Assembly: GCF_006345805.1 (NCBI RefSeq)
Contig: NC_043012.1
Coordinates: 25,172,001-25,236,000, forward strand
Reading direction: 5' to 3'
Source: Octopus sinensis
Taxonomy: Eukaryota
Length of the DNA stretch: 64,000 bases
Numbering within the stretch: position 1 is the first letter of the stretch; every line of letters begins with the position of its first letter. The translations under genes and the position numbers were made by a program. Under the pieces are notes generated by a model. The model worked only from the letters and a program-made list of their open reading frames with translations. It was not told where the DNA came from and did no database searches. This document shows, piece after piece, positions 1 through 11,399 of the stretch.

Positions 1-139
1 CAATCTATCGAAAAATAGTAAATATACCTAATAAAACAAATTGCTTACTTTATACTCCTTGTGAATAATTATACACACACACAGATATATAAAATGTATA
101 TAAACATAAGCATATTTATGAACGCATGTGTGTGTTTAT

Positions 140-463
140 ATATGGATAGAGCGTCGAACTCACGATCGTGAGGTTGTGAGCTCGAATCCCGGACCGGGCT
201 GCGTGTTGTGTTCTTGAGCAAGACACTTTATTTCATGTTGCTCCAGTTCACTCAGCAGTAGAAATGAGTTGCGACGTCACTGGTGCCAAGCTGTATCGGC
301 CTTTTTGCCTTTCCCTTGGATAACCCTGGTGGCGTGGAGAGGGGAGACCGGTATGCATGGGCGGCTGCTGGTCTTCCATAAACAACCTTGCCTTGACTTG
401 TGCCTGGGAGGGTAACTTTCTAGGTGCAATCCCATGGTCAGTGTCGTGACCGAAGGGGGTCTC
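140..463 (+). mobile_element. tRNA-derived SINE, head type A with CORE-like segment
   Basis: B-box-like CTCGAATCCC followed by GTGTTCTTGAGCAAGACACTTTATTTCATGTTGCTCCAG, a block shared with copies at 3106, 10375, 39065 and 59340. Confidence 0.75.
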
Positions 464-567
464 ATATATAGTCGTAACTTCAACCGTATTCTTTCTGTTG
501 TGAGTTTGCTACCCAGGTATCGGTTATCTTTCGAATTATCCGTAATAAGATAATTCATTTATCTACT

Positions 568-570
<3 letters not shown>

Positions 571-598
<28 letters not shown>

Positions 599-628
599 TG
601 CATTATTATCATCATCATCATCATCATT

Positions 629-684
<56 letters not shown>

Positions 685-874
685 CAATATATCATCAATA
701 GATCATATATCCGAAAAAGAAGATCGCTCTAAAGTATAGAGAAGTAATTATTTCTCATCCACAAAGGGCTTACCCCGATGGACGTCTCGTCAGCCCTTTG
801 TAGATGTGAAAGCATTGGTCCTTCTATGACCAGACATAGGCTTAATTACATGCATACATACATACATACATACA

Positions 875-904
<30 letters not shown>
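571..904. repeat. Microsatellite cluster: (TA)n 571-597, (ATC)n 603-685, (TACA)n 853-904
   Basis: Directly visible simple repeats. Confidence 0.95.
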
Positions 905-907
<3 letters not shown>

Positions 908-1160
908 GTATATATCTTTAGATATTTTTTATTTCACTTTACATTTCTACATTCATTTTCCTATTTCCCTATACACCCCTTATTTCCTTCCTTTTCCAAA
1001 ATAGCTCCTCATATTGAACTCTAATATTTCCCTCTCTTTAACCAACTCACGTCGTCTCTGATTAAGCGGTATCCAGAAACAGCTGTAAGGCTAGCATTCT
1101 CTTTATAAATACCCTGAAAATTCCACACAGCCCTGGATTTGTTGTCTCATTTTATTTAAC
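905..1160 (+). mobile_element. Penelope-like (PLE) terminal fragment carrying an HHR; same family as 63750-63985
   Basis: Shares CGTCTCTGAT(G/T)AAG..CC.GAAACAGCTG(T/C)AAGGC..TTCT.TTTATAAAT..CTGAAAA..CACAG.C.TGGATTT with the 63.9 kb copy; PLE assignment is inferred from the HHR type. Confidence 0.55.
1054..1091 (+). ncRNA. Minimal hammerhead ribozyme motif, G8U core variant
   Basis: GTCT-CTGATTA-AGCGGTATCCA-GAAA-CAGCTG-TA-AGGC; stem I GTCT/AGGC, palindromic helix III ACAGCTGT, GUA triplet. Confidence 0.6.
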
Positions 1161-1325
1161 ATACACACACACACACAAACACACACACACAAACACACAC
1201 ACGCACACACATGTATATAATTATTCATTTAGCTCGAGATTATTTCGTTTTGAATAAATGACTTTTCACAAATAAATATTTTCGCCAGATTCTGTTTATT
1301 CTATTTTTAATATCAGTATTTTACT

Positions 1326-1545
1326 AAGGCGGTGTCTTTGGCACGCTGGTCAGCATGGCCAGTGTCGTTTTGTCCGTTTTCATGTTCTTAATTAAAATTT
1401 CAACAAGGGCAACTCTGGTTTTTATGCTTTCGAGACCAACAAAATAAGTACTATTTGAGAACGAGGTGTCGATGCTATCCACTTACACCCTGCCCTGAAC
1501 TTGGTGCCTTATCCCCAAATTTGAGATCAATATTAGTACAGAATC
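1326..1545 (+). mobile_element. tRNA-derived SINE family C, diverged
   Basis: AAGGCGG start, TTAAAATTTCAACAAGG (B-box region), tail CCCCAAATTTGAGATCAATATTAG matching other family C copies. Confidence 0.65.
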
Positions 1546-1610
1546 AAAACACAAACACACAAATTCATATGCGCGTGGTGTGTAGCGATGCAAATATGTT
1601 GTGTTTACTC

Positions 1611-1614
<4 letters not shown>

Positions 1615-1649
<35 letters not shown>

Positions 1650-1678
1650 AATAAATATATAAATATATTATATAATAT

Positions 1679-1732
<54 letters not shown>

Positions 1733-1761
1733 TATATATCTATATATATATATATATATAT
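1615..1761. repeat. (TA)n microsatellite
   Basis: Directly visible. Confidence 0.95.
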
Positions 1762-1871
1762 CAGCGAAGATGTGGCTGTGTAGTAAATAGCTTGGTTCCA
1801 CTCTAGCCTCGGGCCAACCAAAGCCTTGTGAGTAGATTTGGTAGACGGAAACTGAAAGAAGCCCGTCGTGT

Positions 1872-1905
<34 letters not shown>

Positions 1906-2148
1906 GTATGTATGTATACATATATATTTGGGTGTCTGAGTTTGTCCCACCAACATCACTTGACAACCGCTGCCGGTGTGTTTACGACTGTTTACGACCC
2001 CGTAACTTAGCGGTTCGGTAAAAGTGAGCGATAGAATAAGTAGCAGGGTCACAAAGAATAAGTGCTGGGGGCGATTTGCTCGACTAAAAGCGGTGCTCCA
2101 GCATGGTCGCAGACTGAAACAAGTAAAAGAATAAAAGAATAAAAGAAT
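1762..2148 (+). mobile_element. tRNA-derived SINE family B with internal microsatellite
   Basis: TGGCTGTGTAGTAA head, GATTTGGTAGACGGAAACTGAAAGAAGCCCGTCG core, GGTGCTCCAGCATGG..GACTGAAACAAGTAAAAGAATAAAAG tail; about 10 copies in the window. Confidence 0.85.
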
Positions 2149-2185
2149 GTGTGTGTGTGTATGTGTGTACATATGTATGTATGTA

Positions 2186-2374
2186 TGACGGGTGCACAGA
2201 AGTTCCTGACATGAAGGGTGTCGCGAAAGTCCTGGTTGGAGAACCAACGTTTTGGTCCCTTTACAAGACTTACAAAATCTGAAGGACCGTTGCAATAAGT
2301 CTGTGAACTCTTAATCAACCGGTCCTCCTGAATTTCCTCTTACAGGAAGTCAGGAACTTTCTAACACCCCCTCC
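2186..2374 (+). mobile_element. Tc1/mariner-derived MITE
   Basis: Imperfect TIRs GACGGGTGCACAGAAGTTCCTGAC / GTCAGGAACTTTCTAACACCCCCTCC, TA at both ends, internal remnant DLQNLKDRCNKSV resembling a transposase C-terminus. Confidence 0.7.
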
Positions 2375-2376
2375 TA

Positions 2377-2901
2377 TGTAGACATACATACAAACATACA
2401 TACATAAATACATGCATACATACATACATACATGCATGCATGCATGCATACATACATACATACATACATACATAAATACATACATACATACATGCATGCA
2501 TGAATGCATACACTCATGCATACATACATACACACATACACACATGCATACATACATACATGCATATATACATACATACATGCATGCATACATACACACA
2601 TGCATACATACATACATGCATACATACATACATACATACCTGCATACATACATACATACATACATACACACATGCATACATACATACATGCATACATACA
2701 TGCATACATACATACATACATACATGCATACATACATGCATACATACATACATACATACATACATACATACAAACATACATACATACGTACATACATACA
2801 ACACACATACATACATACATACATACCTACATACATACATACATACATTCATACATACATACATACATACATACATACATACATACATACATACATACAT
2901 A
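2377..2901. repeat. Compound (CATA)n/(CATG) tetranucleotide array
   Basis: Directly visible; source of the MYVC/HTYI ORFs. Confidence 0.95.
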
Positions 2902-3105
2902 CTGCTGAACAGATGAAGGTTTCACAGTAGTACTTTCTTGTATATGTGCCTCATGTCAGTTAAATGCAAAACTGCATCACATCATTTACCTCTGTGTAGA
3001 CATAAGTCTAACTTTCAGCCTATCCCAGAGAGACAACAGTTTCTCACATGTTTGGTAAGCATTTGAATACAATTTCCTTGGTTCACTGCCGTAAGAAAAC
3101 AGATG

Positions 3106-3332
3106 TGGAGGCGCGTGGCCTAGTGGTTAGGGTGTCAGCATCATGATCGTAAGATTGTGGTTTCGATTCCTGGACCGGGCGACGCGTTGTGTTCCTGAGC
3201 AAAACCCTTCATTTCACGTTGCTCCAGACCACTCAGCTGGCAAAAATGAGTAACGCTGCGATGGACTGGCGTTCATAGAAACCGGGATAGCGGGCCCATG
3301 ATCCTGGGTAGGCTTTAAAAGGGCACATTTAT
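3106..3332 (+). mobile_element. tRNA-derived SINE, head A (first unit of a dimer)
   Basis: A box TGGCCTAGTGG, B box GTTTCGATTCC, CORE-like GTGTTCCTGAGCAAAAC. Confidence 0.85.
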
Positions 3333-3337
3333 TTTGT

Positions 3338-3646
3338 AGAGGCACATGGCCTAGTGGTTAGAGCAGCAGTCTCGCGGTCGAGGGATCGCGGTTTCGAATC
3401 TCAGACCGGGCGATGTGTGTGTTTATTGGCGAAAACACCTAAGCTCCACGCGGCTCCGGCAGAAGGTAATGACGAATTCCTGCTGACTCTTTCGCCACAA
3501 CTTTCTCTCACTCTTTCCTCCTGCATCTTACAGCTCACCTGCGACGGACCGGCGTCCCGTCCAGGTGGGGAACGTATACGCCAAAAAAACCGGGAAACCG
3601 GCCCTTATGAGCCAGGCAGGGCTCGAGAAGTAACAAACAAAACAAA
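3338..3646 (+). mobile_element. tRNA-derived SINE, head D (second unit of a dimer)
   Basis: A box TGGCCTAGTGG, B box GTTTCGAATCTC, AAAACACCTAAGCTCCAC block shared with 10868, 37830 and 55938. Confidence 0.85.
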
Positions 3647-4095
3647 TAAGAAAGCAGATGTATATATTATATCTTTGTGATATATCAGCGTGAGACCGCT
3701 GTGAAGAATAAGTTTTGTTTTTTTCTAAATATATGCTTGATCTGCGAATAGTTGCAATTTTATTAACAAGGATTGCGTAGCTGCTTGACACGATGTCAAT
3801 TTATTTGAAGAAATAAAGTTTTTATTTCGATGTTAGACAGTATTATCTTAGGATCTAGAGGAACCTTGTCAATGCAAAGAAAACAACATAGAATCTACAC
3901 ACACATGCACAGACACAGACACACAAACACAGACACATATACATACATACATACAGTCACACACATGCACAGTCACTCACCTCCGCACGCACACACTCTC
4001 TGACAGACATATGTATATATATATGTGTGCCAATTCATATCTGTGCGTATATTATATATATGTATGCATGTATATATATATATATATATTATATC

Positions 4096-4128
<33 letters not shown>

Positions 4129-4210
4129 CATACATACACACAAAACATGCACGCAGAAAATAAATAAATAATTAATATATATACATACATCATATATATA
4201 TAATATATAT

Positions 4211-4261
<51 letters not shown>

Positions 4262-4779
4262 CCAACAGTCAGAGACTTACACGAATGCTCACGTAGCATA
4301 TATATTGTAGAAAAAGAGAGAGAGAAGAGAGATAGGGAGAGAGAAAGAGTGGGAGAGAGAGTGCAGTAGAAAAATATCATATTGAAAGTAAATATACCAT
4401 GGTGTTTGTTTATTATAGAGCCGCATGACTGAACGAATTGCAATTTGACTGGAATGATGGATCATTCTAACAAGTAATTCTCGAACTGATTCTGTGTTCG
4501 AACGAATAACATTACAAATTCCGCAATCATTTGTTCAATCAAGCATAGGCCCTGAAACATATGAGAAATGTAATGGCTTTTGGAGCATAAACACGAACAC
4601 AAACACAGTGTTTATATATGTATGTATATATATTATATATATATATACATATTTAATTTACATATATATATATGTTTTTATATATGGCAGTGCCCCAGCA
4701 TGGCCACAGCTCGTTAGCTGAAACTAGATAAAATGAAAAACAATATATATATATAATTTACATATATATATATATATAC

Positions 4780-4868
<89 letters not shown>

Positions 4869-4904
4869 CATATATAGATATACATATGTATACATATAGT
4901 ATAT

Positions 4905-5379
4905 ATATAAACAATTTATAAGTAAGGGCAAAAGAAATAATTTTCTAATGCCAAAAGATGCCGAAAATAGACACAACGTCAATAACCATGCAATTTATCT
5001 ATATAAGAATGCGTTTCGAAGAAGGCCGACAGAAATTTCTTAAATATCCTGAAGAAGCGAACACTAAGCCACGGTAAAGAAATAAGTGGAATACTTATTT
5101 ATGCCCAGGCTTAGTGTTCGCTTCTTCCGTGGGCATAAGTAAGTATTTCACTTATTTCTTAACCGCATTAATCACTGATGAAGGGAAGGTTCTTATGAAC
5201 TGACTCTGAAATCGAGTCCGATATGGTAATAACGGGATTTTTTAGAAATTTCTGTCGGCCTTCTTCGAAACGCGTTCTGGTAGTGATAAATTACATGGTT
5301 ATTGACGTTGTGTCTATTTTCGGCATATTTTGGCCTTTGAAATTTTTTTTATTTTGCCCTTACTTATAAATTGTTTATA
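4905..5379. repeat. Fold-back element: ~139-bp imperfect inverted arms around a 197-bp spacer
   Basis: 4905-5043 is the reverse complement of 5241-5379 (e.g. GAAAATAGACACAACGTCAATAACCATG / CATGGTTATTGACGTTGTGTCTATTTTC); left edge abuts (TA)n. Confidence 0.9.
5171..5222 (+). ncRNA. Hammerhead motif in fold-back spacer, partly decayed
   Basis: CTGATGA-AGGGAAGGTTCTTATGAACTGACTCT-GAAA-TCGAG-TC-CGAT; helix II AGGG/CTCT plus GGTTC/GAACT; helix III one base short of the palindrome ACTCGAGT. Confidence 0.55.
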
Positions 5380-5570
5380 AATTTAACCTTTAAATGTATT
5401 TTTTAATGTACTGGCCATTGATAGAATTTTTTTCGAAAAATTTTATCCTACATTAGATGTTAATTTAATATATGTATATATATGTATATATAAATATATA
5501 TCAATATATATGTTTGATATATATATATATATTATATATATAATATAATATATATAATATATATATATAT

Positions 5571-5948
5571 ATATACCAATTAAGGACTGAACACGAAAAG
5601 TGGACAGTCAACATGCTAGATATAGACGTCAAATCGCCATTCTCCACAAAAGATTATGTTCTCAGATCAAACTCAGCACAAAACCATAGCAATAAACAAG
5701 TGAAAATATACGAAATAAAATAATTACCCATGTACTGATCAGTTTCGGCCGTTATTCAGCCGAAACTGAGCCGAAACTGATCAGTACATGGGTAATTATT
5801 TTATTTCGTATATTTTAACTTGTTTATTGCTATGATTTTGTGCTGAGTTTGATCTGAGAACATAATCTTTTGTAAAGAATGGCGATTTGACGTCTATATC
5901 TAGCATGTTGAATGTCCACTTTTCGTGTTCAGTCTTTAATTGGTATAT
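5571..5948. repeat. Near-perfect palindrome: 179-bp arms, 20-bp spacer
   Basis: 5571-5749 vs 5770-5948, about 6 mismatches by eye; bounded by TA tracts. Confidence 0.95.
5727..5759 (-). ncRNA. Hammerhead remnant at palindrome apex
   Basis: CTGAATA-ACGGCC-GAAA-CTGATCAG-TA-CATGGG; 10-nt palindromic helix III ACTGATCAGT, GUA triplet; 5' strand of stem I replaced by the inverted copy. Confidence 0.5.
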
Positions 5949-6028
5949 ATAAATATTTTAATCTTCGGATTCTTTTTTAATATGCTAGACCACTGGTCTT
6001 AATTGATAAATATCAATTTCTACCCTTA

Positions 6029-6062
<34 letters not shown>

Positions 6063-6499
6063 CACGCACACACATACACACAAGCACGCACACATACACA
6101 CGAACACACACAGAGGAATGCACATATATACACAGCCCCACACGCAATCCCACGCACACACACCACACACAAATAACACGCACACACACCACACACAAAT
6201 AACACGCACACACACAACATGCACATACACGCACATACATATATGCACACACATACACACCCTTCAGACTGTCCTATCAAACACAATTCCACTGACCATC
6301 CCTTCTACGCACATCTAAAGAAACACATAACTACACAAAAGACCACTACTTCTGTTATCATAGTTGCTGAACTCTTCCTACAACATTAACAGACACAAAG
6401 ATCACTCTAACGTACACACATAAACAATTAATACCCCCCCCCACACACACACACTCGTAGACTGGCACATACCCACACATGTACACAGATACATCCACT

Positions 6500-6770
6500 T
6501 ACACTCTCCTGTCATTAAAAGACCTTTCCCGTCATCCATTCACTTCCAGTCAATTCAAAATATAACTACGTGTGGATTGTTGGCAAGTTTTTCTCCTCCG
6601 TCTTCCTTTTCTCTTGGACTTTCCTGTACATCCTGTTTCTGAAGAAGAACTATGCTCGAAACGTTAAACATCCTTCCTTAGGCGTATTTTAATACTTTGC
6701 AGGTACCTCGTTCTCATGTTGTTGCTTTTTTTTCTTGTGTATTTTCTTCGTTTCTTTCTTTTTTTGCATT
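6500..6770 (+). mobile_element. PLE-like terminal fragment, ACGT-HHR family (also 58900 and 63530)
   Basis: Shared GAAGA(G/A)C..GCTCGAAACGT.AA..CCTTCCT..GCGT..TAATAC..CTCG..GTTGTTG tail. Confidence 0.55.
6634..6670 (+). ncRNA. Minimal hammerhead ribozyme motif
   Basis: TGTTT-CTGAAGA-A-GAAC-TAT-GCTC-GAAA-CG-TT-AAACA; 5-bp stem I, palindromic ACGT helix III, GUU triplet, one mismatch in helix II. Confidence 0.7.
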
Positions 6771-6771
6771 A

Positions 6772-6803
<32 letters not shown>

Positions 6804-6809
6804 TGTACC

Positions 6810-7600
6810 GTGTGCACTCCAGGTGTTTTTGAAGACATATTTATTAGCTTCAAAGAAATGCAAAACTCTGATATCAAGGAAAGCAGGTTCGTCCGTCTTT
6901 AACGTATATGGTGTAGCACTCCAGTGTCTTTGTGAAAGTTCCATGGAATTCTTTCAATAAGAAGGTGTCCACGATCATTATTACACTACCATCCATCTCA
7001 GGAAAAAAATATGCGGTTATCCTTCAAATATGGAACCACCAAAATTCACAGGGAGCAAGTGCTGAACTGTAGTGTAAGTGAGAGACAATTCTGATGTCCC
7101 TCTCTGCATATAAATGGTTACCAGCACCAAATTGTAGGCTGGCGAATCACCCTGGTTCTGATGCCACCGACACGCGTGGATGAACTCTGGCTGACCTTTT
7201 GTCCGTCTGAATCTCCAAAAAGTACTCCTTGTTGACCGTCCGGCCAGGGTAATCCAAGCGGATGTATAGATGATGTCCTTGCTGTCATAAAAATTGGATA
7301 ATCATGACTTTTCCGGGGGAGTTGCTTTGTCCAGCATCGTGTACCGACGAAAAATTGATGCTCGCTCGGATAATATAGATTAATCCACAAGCAGTGTGGA
7401 ACATTTAATAATATTCCTTAGCGGTTATTCTCAGCTCAAAGCACAATTTTTTTGCATAGCGAGATTCCGTATTTTCTTCTTGTCTCAACTGGGGGCTCAT
7501 TCCATAGAATGTGTTCAAAGTGCTGTTACAGCCGTCACTTTCAATTTCAAATAACAAAAATTGGCAAGTCAACTTACAAGCTGTATAGCAAATGATGAAG
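6810..7600 (-). mobile_element. Decayed, internally deleted mariner transposon
   Basis: Frameshifted remnants RYAKKLCFELRITAKE (N-terminal), FYDSKDIIY..GRTVNKEYFLEI, HYSSALAPCEFW (HPPYSPDLAPCDFW-like). Confidence 0.75.
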
Positions 7601-7618
7601 TGAAATTACAGTAAAATT

Positions 7619-8020
7619 ATAGGCACAGGAGTGGCTGTGTGGTAAGTAGCTTGCTAACCAACCACATGGTTCCGGGTTCAGTCCCACTGCGTGGCATCTT
7701 GGGCAAGTGTCTTCTGCTATAGCCCCGGGCCGACCAATGCCCTGTGAGTGGATTTGGTAGACGGAAACTGAAAAAAGCCTTGTATATATGTATATATATG
7801 TGTGTGTATGTGTTTGTGTGATTGTCCTCCTAGCATTGCTTGACAACCGATGCTGGTGTGTTTACGTCCCCGTCACTTAGCGATTCGGCAAAAGAGACCG
7901 ATAGAATAAGTACTGACTGGGCTTACAAAGAATAAGTCCCGGGGACGATTTGCTCGACTAAAGGCGGTGCTCCAGCATGACCGCAGTCAAATGACTGAAA
8001 CAAGTAAAAGAGTAAAAGAG
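7619..8020 (+). mobile_element. SINE family B, full length
   Basis: A box TGGCTGTGTGG, B box GGTTCAGTCCC, CORE-like CTTGGGCAAGTGTCTT, family tail. Confidence 0.9.
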
Positions 8021-8099
8021 AGTAGTCTAGGATAGTTACAAAGAAAGTCTCAAAAACGCTGAAATACACATACGCGCGCGCGCACACCCACCCACACAT

Positions 8100-8297
8100 G
8101 CTCCCTCCCCCAATACACTTGACAACTGGCATTGGTGTGTGCGTGCGTCTCACTGGCTTGGTGATTCGGCAAAAGTGATGATAGAGTAAGTACAAGGTAG
8201 AAAAATGTCCTGGGGCCGATTTGCTTCGACTAAAATCCTTGAACGTGGTGCTCCAGCAAGGCCGTAGTAAAATGACGGAGACAAGAGGATAAAAGAA
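8100..8297 (+). mobile_element. SINE family B, 3' half
   Basis: CTTGACAACTGG..TTCGGCAAAAG..GTGCTCCAGCAAGGCC tail. Confidence 0.7.
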
Positions 8298-8299
8298 TA

Positions 8300-8885
8300 T
8301 ATATATGTGTGTGTTTGTGTGTGTCGGTGTGTGCGTGTGCGCATGTGTAAGTGAGTGTGTATGTGTGTGTGAGTGTGTGTGAGTGAGTGTGTGTGAATGT
8401 GTGTGTGTGTGAGTGAGTGAGTGTGTGTGTGTGTGAGTGTGTGCGTGTGTCCGTTTGTATATGTGTGTGTGAATGAGTGTGAATGAGAGTATGTCCGTTT
8501 GTGTATATGTGCGTGCATGTGTGAGTGCGTGTGCGTGCGTGGGTGAGTGCGTGTGCGTGCGTGTGTGAGTGCGCATGTGTGTGTGAGTGTGTGTGTGTGT
8601 GAGTGAGTGTGTGTGAATGTGTGTGTGTGAATGAGTGTGTGTGTGAGTGTGTGCGTGTGTCCGTTTGTATATGTGTGTGTGAATAAGTGTGAATGAGTGT
8701 GTCCGTTTGTGTATGTGTGTGTGAGTGAGTGTATGTGTGTCCGTTTGTGTATGTGTGGGTGAGTGTGTATGTGATTGAGTGTGTGTGTCCGTTTGTGCAT
8801 GTTGTGTGTGTGTGAGTGAATGTGCGTGTGTCCGTTTGTGTATGTGTGTCTGTCCATTTGTGTATGTGTGTGTGTGTATATATAT
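8300..8885. repeat. Compound (GT)/(GTGA) array with recurring GTCCGTTTGT marker
   Basis: Directly visible. Confidence 0.9.
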
Positions 8886-9458
8886 GAAAGTCTGTTTGTT
8901 GTCATATGTGATAACATATGCAGACATTTAGCTAAAAGAGCGCATTGAAAAGTATAACAATTGCGAACATTGATCAGGAAAAGGAATCGTTACAACTGCA
9001 GAGTCAGAAGTTATTAAGAGTTATTTTAGCACTGGCTTCCATGATTATTTATTAGATTTCATTATTATTTAATCCTGCCGATATTATTCAGCGATGAGAT
9101 ATGTTTGCTCAATATTGCTAGATATTTTTAATGTTAAGTATGTCTAGCTATCTATATACATCAATAAATATATATAGCAAAAAAAAAAAATACTTTATTC
9201 TTCTATTTTACGAATTTATTCTTCTGTCTTCGTCCTTATGAAGTGAGAATTTTATTCCTTGTTAACCTGTAAATTCTCCCCGTCAAAAATATTCATATCT
9301 TGTCTCTGATGACGGAATGTCCAGTGCACGGAGGTGCTAACCAACCACTTGGGTTATCCCAGAATCTGTTGTAAGACTTCAAATTCACCTTACACTAATT
9401 ATATTATTCTAAATTACTTGAAATCCTTGTTCTGCTTGGTTTTGATATGTCCTCTAAC

Positions 9459-9513
<55 letters not shown>

Positions 9514-9653
9514 ACAAATGGAATATTTCTCATTTTGTAAATCAGTAAATTTATTTCACATGAAATTCTATAAGATTTCAACAGCGATTTTCTATCGATA
9601 GCTAGCAAGCCAAGCTACTTCAGACTGTTTCTTATATATTATATATATATAAT

Positions 9654-9694
<41 letters not shown>

Positions 9695-9699
<5 letters not shown>

Positions 9700-10154
9700 A
9701 AATGGGACAAGAACGCAAAACATCAAGGAAGTTAATGGATACATGAAAGCGACAACAAACATCCAGATAGATGATACAAGAAAACATTCGGAGTTTTCTT
9801 TCCTCAGTCGACTTCCAGATTATCTTTGCAATTTCAGCTGGTTATACTTGAGGTTGCTCCAATCTGGCCAGCCTCAAGGAAAAACTAAGCTAAGAGTATT
9901 AGATTCCTTGCAAGAAAGCAGCGCATGTATACGAAAAAAAGGACGGAAAAAAACAGAGAAAGTTACACAAATACAAATAACAGGACATAACAACAGGTGT
10001 CTTTCGACTAAGGACGAATTAAATTAAGCTGGCGTGTGTGGAAGTGAAGCCTTACGGCAGAGATACAACATTTCACAGGCACAGGGAAGAATATAGATGT
10101 TGCACGTGCAACGGCCGAACCAAGAAAGAAAGGTCAGGCTTGGCCTGGACAATC

Positions 10155-10160
<6 letters not shown>
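9695..10160 (-). mobile_element. Probable PLE-like fragment between two (TA)n tracts
   Basis: TA tracts on both sides; decayed HHR-like CTGAGGA..CTCC-GAAT on the minus strand at ~9785-9807. Confidence 0.4.
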
Positions 10161-10209
<49 letters not shown>

Positions 10210-10374
10210 GTGGTGTGTGTTGTGTGTGTGTGTGTGTGTGTGTGGTGTATTAATAAAAACAGCTGTTTGCATTGATCTATGGTAAAGAAAAATAAATGAA
10301 TAAATAAATATATATACACACTCCCCCACCATATATGCATACATATGTGTATGTGTATGTGTGTGAGTGTAATG

Positions 10375-10672
10375 AATGCGCATGGCTTAGTGGTATTCGG
10401 GTCCCGATAGTAAGATCGTGAGGTCGATTACCGGGTGGCGCGTTGTGTTCTTAAGCAAATAACTTTCTTTGAAGGTCTCCAGTCAGCTCAGCGAACAAAA
10501 ATATGTCGTATGTATAATTCAAAGGTCAGACTTGTTACATTCTGTGTCAGGATGAATGTCCCTGCGTGTCAGTGGAGTACTCAGCCAGTTGATCGTTAAC
10601 TTTACGGGCAGGTTATTCTGGTAATCGAATCATCTGGAACAGTTGTCGTCGTAACCGATAGAATGCTCAACC
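10375..10672 (+). mobile_element. SINE head A joined to the tail seen on the head-D copy at 55938
   Basis: CORE-like GTGTTCTTAAGCAAA followed by GTGGAGTACTCAGCCA..GTCGTCGTAACCGA. Confidence 0.7.
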
Positions 10673-10867
10673 AGCATTCATTTGAGTAAGTATACATGTA
10701 TATATACATGATGTGTTGCTAGCATCAATCTACTGTAGAATATCTTACAGTTTCATCAGACCCTATATGTCAGGAATAATGGAAATGGTGTATTTATTTA
10801 CAATATATTTACTATTAGAAATAACGAAGTATCTCTATATTGTGAAAAATTCAAGTCATCTTGGATT

Positions 10868-11165
10868 TCTATTAGTAGGCTATCAGATGTTGCAACACAT
10901 CGCTGGTCACAATGCGCTTCGTATTGTTTTAGCCTTCAAATCACGCCACCCCGCTGGCTAAGCGAGCAGGCCAACAGAAGAAAGAATGAGAGAAAGTTGC
11001 TGTGAAAGAGTACAGCAGGGATCGCTACCAGCCCCTGCCGGAGCCTCGTGGAGCTTTAGATGTTTTTCGCTCAATGAACATTCACAACGCCCGGTCTCGG
11101 AATCATAACCGCGATCCTACGACCGCGAGTCCGCTGCCCTAACCATTGTGCCATTGCGACTCCAC
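10868..11165 (-). mobile_element. SINE head D with tail type 2
   Basis: Reverse complement GTGGAGTCGCAATGGCACAATGGTTAGGGCAGCGG..; tail GCTTAGCCAGCGGGGTGGCG..CAACATCTGATAGCCT shared with 37830. Confidence 0.85.
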
Positions 11166-11399
11166 ACTACACCTATAACCACTATTATTAATGGCTAATA
11201 TTAACCGAATGCACCAACATACGTATGTGGCACTTGATTTGCATTTTCTAAAACGACTTTTTGTTTCTCTCAATACATTTCATTTCAGCTTCACATTTCT
11301 CATTTTCTTCATTCATATCCCCTCGCCCCAACCCGGCTATATTGTCTTCTAGTGTCTGGTTAATAGTCTTTCCTTCTTTCACTTGTAATATATTATTTT

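Noticed and set aside
755-810. CTGACGA inside a small inverted repeat (minus strand)
   Set aside because: No GAAA at a workable distance; not a complete hammerhead.
2315-2930. Six long ORFs (128-177 aa)
   Set aside because: Translations of the (CATA)n array; not genes.
3000-3054. Candidate + strand micro-exon (3019-3054 or 3000-3054, donor GTAAGC)
   Set aside because: Open frames but no recognisable homology; such pseudo-exons are common.
7923-8927. 334-aa and 255-aa His/Thr-rich ORFs
   Set aside because: Translations of the GT microsatellite plus SINE.
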